Shown in pieces: positions 12,401-24,520 of a stretch of 37,819 bases of DNA; the stretch's first letter is position 1; every line of letters begins with the position of its first letter. Below the pieces are notes generated by a model. The model was given only the letters and a program-made list of their open reading frames with translations. It did not search any database and had not been told where the DNA came from. This DNA comes from Nemertoderma westbladi. Taxonomy: Eukaryota; Animalia; Xenacoelomorpha. The stretch lies in contig JAUCBJ010000072.1 of NCBI GenBank assembly GCA_032718475.1, positions 1 to 37,819 of the forward strand, written 5' to 3'. The translations under genes were made by a program, and so were the position numbers.

Positions 12401-12877
12401 TGGGAGTGAGTATAGTGATCTGTGAGTGATAATAATTATATGGGAGTGAGTAAATGATCTGGAGTGAGAATAATAATCTGGGAGTGAGAATAATGATCTG
12501 GGAGTGAGAATAATGACCTTGGAGTGAGAATAATGATCTTGGAGTGAATATACTGATCTGGGAGTAAGAATAATGACATGGGATTGAGAATGTTGACCTG
12601 GGAGTGAGAATAATGATCTGGGAGTGAATATAATGATCTAGGAGTGATAATAATGGCATGGGAGGGAGTGAGAATATTGATCTGGGAGTGAGAATAATGA
12701 TCTGGGAGTGAGTATAATGATCTGGGAGTGAGAATATTGATCTGGGATTGAGAATAATGATCTGGGTGTGAGAATAATGATCTGGGATTGAGAATAATGA
12801 TCTGGTAGTGAGTGGATGATCTGGGAGTGAGAGCAATGATCTGGGAGTGAGAATAATTATCTGGGTGTGAGAATAAT
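9484..12877. repeat. 20-bp minisatellite (about 170 copies) filling the last AKT intron
   Basis: Unit ATGATCTGGGAGTGAGAATA with point variants; starts about 15 nt after the donor at 12892. Confidence 0.97.
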
Positions 12878-12892
12878 ATTGAAACATATTAC

Positions 12893-12980
12893 CTTTTTTT
12901 GTTCGACGAGATTGAAGTCCATAGGGAGAAAGAACGGGTGCATCTTTACCTCGTCAGCGTCTTGAACACTTCCACCCAAT
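12893..12980 (-). CDS. AKT: AKT exon: end of kinase domain
   Basis: ttctacag|A...|gtaata, 88 nt. (R)LGGSVQDADEVKMHPFFLPMDFNLVEQKK. Confidence 0.95.
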
Positions 12981-13550
12981 CTGTAGAAGTTTGGAAATAT
13001 TATATAAAATTATATAAAATTTTATAAACAATATTATAACACCTACATTTTAGCCATAATTATACAGTAATAATTAATTTTGTGTCCGAATATGGACGTG
13101 GACGGTGGTGATTTGTTGTGGAGTTCAAGCAGTTTACGCCGCGGTCACAGTAATATTTATTACAGTTACTGTACCATTCCACAAGGTACATTAGTTGGTC
13201 GAGTGTTATCTCGATTTGCTTCTAGTTGGGGTCTCGATCCCCGCTGGACCAGCGATGTGGCGACCTGCTGGGAGAGTAAACATCCGTTGGAGTGAGTGCG
13301 GGCCATATCTGTCTTACATGTAACAACCAAGAAGGTTGGTTTCATCCGGTGTTACAACTTTACTTACTGTTATTGTATTTGTATTTACTTTACTTCAGCG
13401 ACGACTGGTGCAACTCCGTTGTCGGTACCGCTAGTCGGTGGGGTTGAATCGGGCGCAGTAGTCACATTACTACCGTTCAAAAGGGCCCATAAAATAATTT
13501 GCAACAAAACTCGACTTGGACTTGGTGTTACCAATGGCTAACCTACTCAC

Positions 13551-13771
13551 CTCTCCTCGGGGTTCTTCACCAATAGCCGGACGCAAACATTCCGCGCGTT
13601 CTGGGATATCCGACTTGACCGGGGGAATTCGAGCTTTCCTGTTGCGATCAGGTCGTATAGAACATCGTGGTTCCTGTCGTAGAATGGTAGACGTCCGCAC
13701 AGCATCTCGTAAATAACAACGCCTACGCCCCACCAGTCTACCGCGCGTCCGTAGTCGTTCTCCTCAAGTAC
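13551..13771 (-). CDS. AKT: AKT exon: kinase C-lobe
   Basis: ctctatag|...|gtgagt, 221 nt. VLEENDYGRAVDWWGVGVVIYEMLCGRLPFYDRNHDVLYDLIATGKLEFPRSSRISQNARNVCVRLLVKNPEE(R). Confidence 0.97.
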
Positions 13772-14065
13772 CTATAGAGGAAAGTGAAATTAATTCCACG
13801 ACATATTGTATTGACTCGTACTGGTGTTGTTCTGTATGTTAGAACCACCACCACCCCCCCCCCCCCCCCCCCAAACCCAAACATACAGTGATACAAATAA
13901 TATTCCCCCGGACATTCTACTTCATTCATTCATACATTCTTAGGGGTGTACCACTCCCCATGCATTCTATGTAACTTTTTGTATGATGATGATGATGCAA
14001 AGTAGACTCCCTTAAGGGATCCCCAGATCCTTAAGACTCCCAGGCAATGCCGTCTAAATTCAGGT

Positions 14066-15078
14066 ACCAAGTTTGGTTAGATTTCGTCGAGAATTATTAA
14101 CGTTATTAACGTTTAGTTAGACGGATCTATAGAACGACAGATCTACAGACACACCGATAAGGGTAGTGGTCCGGTATGCTAAGCTCGCTTACTTTCGTGT
14201 CTCGCCCTATACTTTTTAAAAAATTTATCTACTCAAAAATATGATTACGTATTAAAACAAAACTCTCCTGTTAATACTGTACAGTACCTGCCTTTTCATC
14301 AATCCTCAGTGCGCCTTTTGGGTGAGCAGATTAAGAGGGTTGAAGGGGAGGAACTTTCTCCTGTTCTTTGATTTATTAGCGGTTTGGTTAAATTTCTTAA
14401 AGACCGATTTTCTGATAGAATTGCTCAATTTTAATTTGTATCTCATACTGTAACTGAGCCCCATGCTGCGCGAAGGCCCCACGAACGTGTAATTACCTAT
14501 TGCTCGAGTAGTAGTGAGGTGGTTGGACTGGTTCCATGATAGGCTAGGCAATAGCAAGCATGTCAAGGAAGGAATGAGGGAGTTGGAAACTGACCTGGGT
14601 ATTTGATAACTTAATACTGTAGATCAATTAAAAACACAATTATTAAAGACTAACTTGAACTAATTAAAAACTATAATGGAATGGGATATGGGGATTACAG
14701 CTGTATAATTTTTAAGTATATAAAATAATTTATAAAGTAAATAATTTATAATTATACTAGATAATAATAAATTTCCCGCTAAATATATTAAATTAATTAT
14801 TAAATATTAATTATTAAATAAATAAATGCTGTTTTACCCCAATCAACTTAATTAACTAATTAACTGTTTTTATCTTAGCTTCTCGAAGGCCACACGCAAA
14901 TTCAACTTGGAAAATTTCTAAACTTTTGCCAAACAACATGTGTGCAAAGTTTGGTTAGATTTCATCGGAGATTAGCCGAGTTATTAATGTTTTAAATTGG
15001 ACATCACACCAAGACAGACACACCGATTGAGTTAGTGGTACCCGTATGCTAAAGCTCGCTTACTTTCGTGGCTCGCCA
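14066..15078 (+). repeat. Two diverged direct copies of a dispersed repeat (about 14066-14208 and 14944-15078), possibly Helentron/HINE-like ends
   Basis: Both contain AAGTTTGGTTAGATTTC...ACAGACACACCGAT...GTATGCTAA(A)GCTCGCTTACTTTCGTG. The family assignment is inference. Confidence 0.6.
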
Positions 15079-16879
15079 CACAATCTCAAAAACATACCTT
15101 CGCCTTCGCAACCCCCCCCCCCCCCCTCCCCCGGCCACCATACTCTTATATCGCTACATGGGAATCCAATATATTATAAATGGATCAAACCGATAATCAT
15201 AAGAATAAAAGTTGTTTCACTAGACATTAACTGTGTCATTCAAAGGAGGTTAATTTCGTCTGCAGCTCTCTAGTCTACAGTTAGAGGGGCGAGATGGAAA
15301 TGCCTCAAAGTGAAATCCTTGACTTGACTTGAAAATGCGTCTTTTTGAGGAAGGTGATTAATCTGCAGTTAACCAGTCTGAAGCTAGAGGGCGAAATATC
15401 CGAAAGTGAAAAACCATATCTCAATGGACGGAGCCAGAAATGGTTGTCCTTATTTCTCACACGTGTTTGTTTGTACACACAACTTCTTGCACTTAATGTT
15501 GATGGAATTGGATGAGACTTTGATGAGGTTCATTATCGGACTTGGTTGTGCATGCAAGGTTTTGGTTACGAGGGACCTGAAGGTTGCCTAGCAACCGTGA
15601 ATTAATTATAGAATGACCGATCATAATTGTAGAATTCACTCAATAATAATTATGTCGGCACCCCATAGGGAGCATCTATTGGACATTGTTTATTCTGGAA
15701 AATTTCGCTTTTTTATTTCGTTTAGAATTGTGTGAAAAATTTCCTACAAACAGTGATTTTTCCCCTCAAGATTAAAGACTAATAGCTGAACTCTAACTGT
15801 TACCGGTATTTATGCAGTGCAGTAGGCCCTAACCTAACTGCCTGATTGACTGACAGTTCTGCAGCTGAACTTGAACTTGTTTAATAGCGGATTACAAAGT
15901 AAAATAAATACAAATCACTACAGTTACTGTAGGTATATGGCTTGTACAACTACAGTACATTACGACAATCATAGTGCAATTGTTACTGTTTAACACAATA
16001 TACGCAAGTTAGTACATAATATACGCCATTTAGTACATAATATAATATACGCAATTTTAGTGTTAAATATTAAATATTTACAACAATGTTCGATTCGCAG
16101 TTGAAATAAAATGAATATAGAACGTAATTGATACAGAAACTAAGAACATAATTGAATATAATATAATATACAGTATAAGCGTTATAATACTCCAGTTAAA
16201 TAAAAATAATAAAATGGTAATGGTATGTTTCGATCTTGTTAAAAACTGATAGGTTAAAAGTACACAAAAATTATCTGAAAAGAATCCACAAGCAAAATTA
16301 ATATGAATAGGCCAGGTGCATGTATCAAATAAAAATAAGTAACGTCATTGATAGGCCTACTTAATAAAATAACACATAAATACTGCCATTAACAACTTGC
16401 AACAAGAAACATATTAAAGTTCCAAATGAAAAAATACTAGAGAGGTGGAGACTATTTTTTCCAAAACTACAGTATCTTGATTGTCTGTGGATGTACGAAT
16501 TATATTTAAATAAAATAATAAGGAATAAATATGGATTCGATCTTGTTTAAAATATCCTAAAAAAGTTAAAATAAAGACGCCGATACTGACACCACATTTT
16601 TCACCAAATTAACATATTTACACTACCAAAATATATTTAAACTAAAATAATTACAAGATAAAAAGCATGATCCAAGCTTGACGCCCATTGTGTATAGTGT
16701 TATCACCGATAGAAATTAACAAACAAAAAATGTAGCCGCTAAGGATAGCTCTAAGAGATAATTACATCTCATTTCCATAGGGATCCTGTTATAAAAGGTA
16801 GATAAAATATAAAGTTTATAAGTAAGAGAAACATAATAAAATCGCTATGTTATTGTGAACACAGAGATATCCGTGGATG

Positions 16880-17090
16880 TAAGTTTATCTAAAAAGTGTT
16901 TCTTCAGGTTGTGTTGGAATACGACAAGAGATGGCGCTCGAGTTATTGACCCTGGTAGATCATTCCACAACGAGGGCTCGCATTATGAGAATGTAGACTG
17001 GCCGTGGACGGTGTGTTTCTGTGGGATTTCCGCACGTATATGTGGCCCCCGAAGATTCATTGCACCTTGATTTAGAATAGCAAATTTTAT
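16880..17090 (-). mobile_element. 3' fragment of a CR1/L2-group LINE ORF2
   Basis: Manual translation NLRG...GQSTFS*CEPSLWNDLPGSITRAPSLVVFQHNLKKHFL fits the FS..P.LWN.LP...S...FK..LK C-terminal pattern. Confidence 0.7.
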
Positions 17091-18939
17091 TGAGAGCGCC
17101 CGCTTAAATTTTAAAATTCCAATGATAAGCAACGGGGATTTCCACTTAAAAACTGCGGAATCCAGCCCGCATCTGGCTGTACAAAAGACATGAACTGGAC
17201 TGTACCTTACTGCTGTACGTACCGGAACGCACATACGTCTGTACGTCAGTACTGCAGTACGTGGATACGTACTGACATGTATACACAGACAGACAGATGT
17301 ACCTGTATACTGACTGACTGATTAGCAGTATACTGGTATAGGCCTAGTGCAGTATAGTGCATAGTGGATATGTATATAGATAGACGATATGTAGTGGTTA
17401 TCAGGGATATAGGGCAGTAGGGCGTAGGGGCCTACCTCAGTACCTGGAAAAGTTTAACCCTCTAATCACTGAATCATTGTGGTTGTATTTCTGTAGGGCT
17501 GTAGGGATGTACCGGTAGAGCCTATTTCAGTATTTGTACTGAATCGTGTTGCTGTGTTGAGTGAGTTGAATCGTGTTGAGTGAGTACTGTAGGCCTACTG
17601 GGACTGCAGCACTGGGCTGCTGGGTAGGCCTGTCAGCCTGTAGGCCTACCTGTAAGCAAGTTGCAGTTACTTACCGGTACTGCATACTGCTGTACTGTTT
17701 GTTTATAATATGATTTTGTTCAGAAGTTGAAAAATTGAGGAAGCACGTCACTATTGCCAATTGCCAACGTTCTTGATCGTGCGAATGCAGAAGGAGCCAA
17801 TGGCGAGGTTTCTGGCAGTCTGGGTTTGTTTGTGGCCTTGTGCCTTGCTGCCTTGCTCTATTATGAGTACAACGTACCGTTACGGTAGGTAGCACCTACA
17901 GAGTTCAGGAGTCTGGGGCAGCTTGGCTGCTTGGAGTTGTAATAACAGACGAATAATTCCCCAGCTATATTCCGTATTCAGATATTGATATTGGTGGGCT
18001 TGGCTCTTGGCATAGACAGAGTTGGTGCAGACAGGTCAGACATATATATTCATCATATAAGCTACCGGTAGGCCTACCGGTAATACGGTAGCAAATATCG
18101 AATTACGACATCTCGGAGCATCGTTCTATTTCATGCTATTCCAGTCAGATCCCAGTGCCCAGTAGTTCGTAGTGGTACCAAACGTGCGGGCAGTAAACAG
18201 CAACTAAAGACCGTTGTTCTATTCACATAGCAGCATAGAGAATACGGTATGTAGGCCTATTGCGTATTGGTGCAAATGTTTTGGAACCATCGGCGGACTC
18301 GTTTACCCCAACCTGCAGACCTGCCAACTATGATTGGAAATCAACTCCATCCTGCATCCTGAAATACAGACAACAGCGCACAATCGTCTGATCGTGAAGA
18401 TGAGAATCTCAAGTACCGGTACATCGCGGTTATGAAATTGATGGCTTTTGATATACTTTTTGTTTTACAACCCAGGTGGCGGGATACCAGGATACCAAAT
18501 ATTATGGTGTGTTTCTTATAATTGAAAAAGTATCGGGGCGTCCCTGTTAGTAAAGTATGCCATGCGTTAAGTTTGGGGGGGGGGGGGTAATTTGCGTGCC
18601 ATACTTTATGAACGCGCTCAATGATCAGAGTTTATTGGTTGTAGTGGAGTAGCGTTGTATTGTATGGTGGAGGGAGTTATCCTTGTACGACGTATACGTA
18701 CTGACTACAGAGCTGTAGGTGGTGGGATATGATTGCTAAAAATACTTAATTATTATAGTTGATATAACATTATATTTATCTAAAAATCAATCAGACGAAC
18801 TAATGCAATTTTGTTGCAACGGGATCCCGATGGAAAATTCCGATACCGATGGGAAAATAACGGGATTTTTCGGTATTTGCTAAATCCAGAAATCTGCCTT
18901 TGTAGGCCTTGTAGCTACGGCCGTCACTGTAAACTGGAT

Positions 18940-19140
18940 AATAGAGCAGCACTCATTAATATAAATGAAAATTATATATTCTGGAATACGGTAAATTGAA
19001 GTTGTTTCCATGTTATTGCTTATTTTGCAGTGTTCCGTGTCCGTCCTATAGACCGCAACGCCAGAACGCTGCAAAGTGTTACCTTGCAGCGTTACGAGTA
19101 ATTCACCTGAATGCTGATAAAGTTGTCATAATGTAACAAA
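18940..19140 (+). repeat. About 190-bp dispersed repeat, copy 1 (copy 2 at about 24247-24425)
   Basis: Shared ATTCTGGAATACGGTAA..TTGAAGTTGTTTCCATGTT...TACCTTGCAGCGTTACGAGTAATTCACC...CATAATGTAACAA. Confidence 0.8.
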
Positions 19141-20005
19141 ATATATTACAACCGGTTCCATATACCATGTGTCTGAGTGTCAAACAAAGTACCGTACCGA
19201 TAGTCAAAAAGATTTTAATTTAAAATAATTTTTATTGAAAGTATAAGAATGCGATATTATTAATTTATATTTTTCGAAATGATTTTTTTTATTATTTTAG
19301 GCCGCCGTGTTTTGCGGTATATTAAAAAACGTAGGATGAAAATAAATAAGTGTACACTCGAAATATATATCGTATATCCTTGATACACTTGTCTGTGGCC
19401 AAAGTTTTCAGTCGGTGTTAGGTGTTCGTGTTCGGTTTTTTCCATTAAATGAACAATATTGATGATAACAGAAAAACGATTAGATTTTTATTTTTACATA
19501 CTTTTTTTATTACATGAGTTCTTGATTATTTTTTTTTACTGATGACTGGGGCACTGGGGGTGAGGCAATGTTCAGAGTTCTCTCTAGCCACAGATAGTCA
19601 AACCATATAGCAACCACTTCTTACTAAATTTATATTAAATTTAGCGCCATCAAGTGATTCTACGTCAAAAGGTCTACAGGTAAAAAAAACAAAGGGACCA
19701 CTTTGTTTTTGTGGTTAAAGAGTCCGCACTAAAATGTTAAAAATCAATAATTAAGCTATTCCCTATTAGTATTATATTGGCTATGTTATTTGTGTTATTG
19801 AAATGTGAACCTAACGCGATAACGTTGGTAATGCTATTAAACCTATTATGACTGAGTAAAAGTAAAAAAGTGATCGATGAACGTGTGAAACACGAAACAC
19901 CGGAGGTAACCCAAAGGGCGCTCTCTCTTGGCTGTTACCTATAAGGCAGTGACACTAACGCCCAGGGTGTACACTCAGTATCCAACATTTTTGCTTTACT
20001 CCCCC

Positions 20006-21781
20006 TACTACTACTAGTATCGGCATGCTGCATTGCAGCTGCATTTTTAAGAATGCTGTGCCGGCTTGTAGACAAAATTGCGCCGCCACAACTCCCTATC
20101 ACCCATGACATTTGCTAGATCATCCGCATCTTCAAGGCCAGTGTCCTTTAAGATGCGTCTCAAGAAAGTCATGGGCTGTCCACCATGCTTATTCACTCCA
20201 TGAGGCTGCCAAAGTACAAGATTATGCACTGGCTGGTCCTCACGGCGAAAGCAATGTCCTGCAAAGCGGAGGCGATTTTGTTCTAGTGTCAAGCTTGGGG
20301 GAACCAATGAGACCTCCAATGTTATATAGTGTCTGGTTGGAGATGTGTGCATTGTACTTGACACAATGAACCCGGCGTAGCATTCTTGTGAATGTGCCAT
20401 CCAGAGATTTGGTGTCCTCAGCAGTTAGAGCCCAGCATGGACTCCCATAGAGGAGTACTGGAACTACTGCTGCTCTAAATAATCGGACCTTAAGTTTCCG
20501 ATTAATTCTCGGTGACTTCCAAATCCTGGAAAGCCTATTCAAGGCTGCCCATGCCTTACCCTTACGTATTCGAAGGTCCTCACCTAACTTCCGGATCCAT
20601 GATCCCAGGCAACAGAAATCGTCCACATGCTCAAGCATACCATCGTTTGAGCTTATGCTCATCCGATCAGAGACTTGCTGAGAACTTTCAAAGTTAACTG
20701 TCAAAATTTTGGTCTTTCTGGAGTTAATAAAAAGACCAACACTAGAAGCAGCATGTTCTAATGAGCTGAAGAGCCGTTGGGCTCCCTCTAGTGATTCTGA
20801 GAGTATTCCTAAGTCATCGGCAAAGTCTAGATCAGTTAGGTACTTGGCAGGATTTCCTCGACTTCTGGATCCAGAAGGTGGAGTTATCATCACCCCATCA
20901 TGATCTAAGGACATGCGTAGAACATAGTCAACCACAATTATGAACAAGAATGGTGCATGTGTGTCTCCCTGGAGGACGCCCCATAACACTTCAAATGGTT
21001 CTGTGTCACCATCAACAGTAAACACAAACGTTGTCGAACCATCGTATACTGATCTGATTGCTGCAATAATTTCATCAGGAATCCCATATAATGAAAGTAT
21101 GCTGAACATACGAGAGCGCGGGATACTGAATCAAAGGCCTTGAAGAAGTCAACAAAGATAACAGCCAGATGCCTGTCCTTCTTTTTTGATAACTCTTCAA
21201 TTATCCTTCTAAGTGCCAAAATGGGTTTACGGAACCCATTCTGATTTCCACGGAGCAGTCTCTCAATGGGATCCCTGGTGCGATTTAATAGAATTCTATT
21301 GTTTAGCTTTGCAGCAATCGAGATCAATGAGATTCCCCGAAAAGAACAATAGAGTGTTAGGTTGCCTTTCTTGGGAACTGGCACCAACTTATTTGTTTTC
21401 ATTTCTTGTGGGACTCTTGTTGTTCGGTACATGTCTACTATGATGGGATAGATGAGCTTTAAACACTCAGGTATTTTAAAGACCTCAGGGGGGAACACCA
21501 TCTACTCCACTGGCACGATTGGTCGTAATGCTCTTTGCAGCAGCCTTCACTTCTGCAAAGGAGATATCGCCAATGGGAATATCTGGGAGTACAGACTCAG
21601 ACACTTTTACTTCTATAAAGTTATCAGGCAATACCCTGTCATTATTGAAGAGCTTTTCAAAGTGGGCCTTCCAACCATTGGGGCGATCGTCTGGTGATTC
21701 AGCCTTAACCTTGGTGGTTGGTTGGCTTTTCCGCCCAGTAAGCAAGTTGATCGATCGTATTCCAGCTATCAGATAGATTTC
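20006..21781 (-). mobile_element. 5'-truncated, frameshifted non-LTR retrotransposon (RTE-like) with target-site duplication
   Basis: RT motifs FVDFFKAFDSV, GVLQGD..PFLF and DFADDL; C-terminal RLRFAGHCFR; (TAG)n 3' tail; 12-bp TSD CTTTACTCCCCC at 19994-20005 and 21782-21793. Confidence 0.92.
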
Positions 21782-22155
21782 CTTTACTCCCCCAGCAGCT
21801 GTCGGGGGACCTAAGACAACAATGACTGATACAACCTTATTCATTTCTGGCTCTGGCTGTTCAATTAATATTTATATCTCACAAATAGAACATTCATAGA
21901 ACATTCCTGATTAGAGTTTACATTGAAATAAATTAGCAAGACCCTTAATGGTAGTCAATGGTTAGGAGGAGCCTATTTCATAAATATTCATTGGGTTCAT
22001 TCCAGAATAATGTGTTTATTTATGTAATATTTGATGAACCGCAGCAGTAGTAGCATAAGCAGGATTAAGTATAAGGACATTAAATATCGACTTATTCGTA
22101 TACTTTGTACAAATCTAGATTTGGGACCGGTATTTATTTATTAGTATTGGTATTG

Positions 22156-23580
22156 TCGTAGGTTGGCACTGCCGGAGTATAGGTCGGCGAGGGTAGGGGC
22201 CCGTAGGTTGGCACTGACGGAGTATAGGACGGTGCCGGTGAGGGTAGGGGCCCGTAGGATGGCACTGCCGGAGTATAGGGCGGTGAGGGTAGGGACCCGT
22301 AGGTTGGCACTGCCGGAGTATAGGTCGGTGAGGGTAGGGGGCCGTAGGTTGGCACTGCCGGAGTATAGGTCGGTGAGGGTAGGGGGCCGTAGGTTGGCAC
22401 TGCCGGAGTATAGGTCAGTGAGGGTAGAGGCCCGTAGGTTGGCACTGCCGGAGTATAGGTCGGTGAGGGTAGGGGCCCGTAGGTTGGCACTGCCGGTGTA
22501 TAGGTCGGTGAGGGTAGGGGCACGTAGGTTGGCACTGCCGGAGTATAGGACGGTGAGGGTAGGGGCCCGTAGGTTGGCACTGCCGGAGTATAGGTCGGTG
22601 AGGGTAGGGGCCCGTAGGTTGGCACTGCCGGAGTATAGGTCGGTGAGGGTAGGGGCCCGTAGGTTGGCACTGCCGGAGTATAGGTCGGTGAGGGTAGGGG
22701 CCCGTAGGTTGGCACTGCCGGAGTATAGGACGATGAGGGTAGGGGCCCGTAGGTTGGCACTGCCGGAGTATAGGTCGGTGAGGGTAGGGGCACGTAGGTT
22801 GGCACTGCCGGAGTATAGGACGGTGAGGGTAGGGGCCCGTAGGTTGGCACTGCCGGAGTATAGGTCGGTGAGGGTAGGGGCCCGTAGGTTGGCACTGCCG
22901 GAGTATAGGTCGGTGAGGGTAGGGGCCCGTAGGATGGCACTGCCGGGGTATAGGTCGGTGAGGGTAGGGGCCCGTAGGTTGGCACTGCCGGAGTATAGGT
23001 CGGTGAGGGTAGGGGCCCGTAGGTTGGCACTGCCGGAGTATAGGTCGGTGAAGGTAGGGGCCTGTAGGTTGGCACTGCCGGAGTATAGGTCGGTGAGGGT
23101 AGGGGGCCGTAGGTTGGCACTGCCGGGGTATAGGTCGGTGAGGGCAGGGGCCCGTAGGTTGTCACTGCCGGAGTATAGGTCGGTGAGGGTAGGGGGCCGT
23201 AGGTTGGCACTGCCGGAGTATAGGTCGGTGAGGGTAGGGGCCCGTAGGTTGGCACTGCCGGAGTATAGGTCGGTGAGGGTAGGGGCCCGTAGGTTGGCAC
23301 TGCCGGGGTATAGGTCGGTGAGGGTAGGGGCCCGTAGGTTGGCACTGCCGGGGTATAGGTCGGTGAGGGTTGGGGCCCGTAGGTTGGCACTGCCGGAGTA
23401 TAGGTCGGTGAGGGTAGGGGCCCGTAGGTTGGCACTGCCGGAGTATAGGTCGGTGAGGGTAGGGGCCCGTAGGTTGTCACTGCCGGAGTATAGGTCGGTG
23501 AGGGTTGGGGCCTGTAGGTTGGCACTGCCGGAGTATAGGTCGGTGAGGGTAGGGGCCCGTAGGTTTGCACTGCCGGAGCT
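22156..23580. repeat. 45-bp GC-rich minisatellite (about 31 copies), open on both strands
   Basis: Unit GGCACTGCCGGAGTATAGGTCGGTGAGGGTAGGGGCCCGTAGGTT; the minus frame gives ([15 protein letters not shown])n. Confidence 0.95.
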
Positions 23581-23684
23581 ATAAGCCCGTTTGTTTTAAT
23601 TTAAAATTTTATGTTTACTAATTATTGATTTGATCAATAATTGCGATATTCTAATTTCGATTGCAATAAAATTATAACTATTTA

Positions 23685-23815
23685 CATTGCTTGCAAAGGT
23701 CACTTTTCAGCTTTAAAGACCCTTGTTTATTTATGTAAACCTCCCTCGCTGCGCTCCCTCTGTACATAAATAAACTCGTGTCATAACGCTACAAAGTGCT
23801 ACTTTGCAAGCAATG
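23685..23815. mobile_element. Small hairpin-type (palindromic) element
   Basis: CATTGCTTGCAAAG / CTTTGCAAGCAATG ends; inner stem GTTTATTTATGTA / TACATAAATAAAC; loop contains CTCGCTGCGCTC. Confidence 0.65.
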
Positions 23816-24246
23816 ATGTATGTAATTTTGTTAGATTATGTCAACTTATCAGCGTTCGGTATGTGAAAAGGGATTTTATGGATGCTCATTTAAACAAATC
23901 ATCTGTACTCATCTGTACTATTTCGAATATATAAGTTAAATTTATTAACATGTACCGGTACTATAAAATTTATATCAATTTAAAGTTTATTGTTGTTATC
24001 TCCTGCATGATTGTGATAAATCTTTGATCCATCGTCGACTGAAGCAAACTGAGTCACCGTCTGTGTTCTTTCAGTGTTACTGAACACTATCGCCATATTT
24101 TCTTTGCTCATTTTCTCTATAATGTATTCTATAGGACGTATGGAATACAGTCTTACACTTTAAACAATTACTTACATACAGTAGCGAGTCCCGTCATTTC
24201 AAACTGGACCCACCCATCATGCAAACACGTGCTGCTTTATTGAATA

Positions 24247-24425
24247 AAGAAGCACGTATTAATTTAATGGAAATAATACATTCTGGAATACGGTAATTGA
24301 AGTTGTTTCCATGTTTTTGATTACTTGGCAGCGTTCCGTCCTATAGGCCGCAACGCTGCAAAGTGCTACCTTGCAGCGTTACGAGTAATTCACCAGAACG
24401 CTGATAAGTTGACATAATGTAACAA
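24247..24425 (+). repeat. About 190-bp dispersed repeat, copy 2
   Basis: Collinear with 18940-19140. Confidence 0.8.
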
Positions 24426-24426
24426 C

Positions 24427-24520
24427 TAGGGATGTTGCGAATGTCATATTTTTAACATCCGCAGATGCGGATGCAAATGTCTGAGGTTACATCCGCACGA
24501 ATGCGGATGCGGATGTCTAT
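24427..24520 (+). mobile_element. hAT-like MITE end fragment
   Basis: Starts TAGGGATG (Ac/Ds-type terminus) followed by subterminal ATCCGCA/TGCGGAT motifs. No partner end found. Confidence 0.45.

Noticed and set aside
9460-12887. Minus-strand ORFs with HSQIIILTPRSLFSLPD repeats
   Set aside because: By-product of the 20-bp satellite; multiple frames and scattered stops.
13852-13872. Long C/G homopolymers (also about 15111, 18574, 30790, 37549)
   Set aside because: Common low-complexity tracts whose lengths are unreliable in assemblies.
17700-18420. Coding-like composition, possibly a decayed gene or transposase
   Set aside because: All frames I tried are interrupted and I could not recognise any motif.
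22163-23584. Plus-strand 473-aa Arg-rich ORF
   Set aside because: Mirror frame of the 45-bp array with no ATG start and no independent support.
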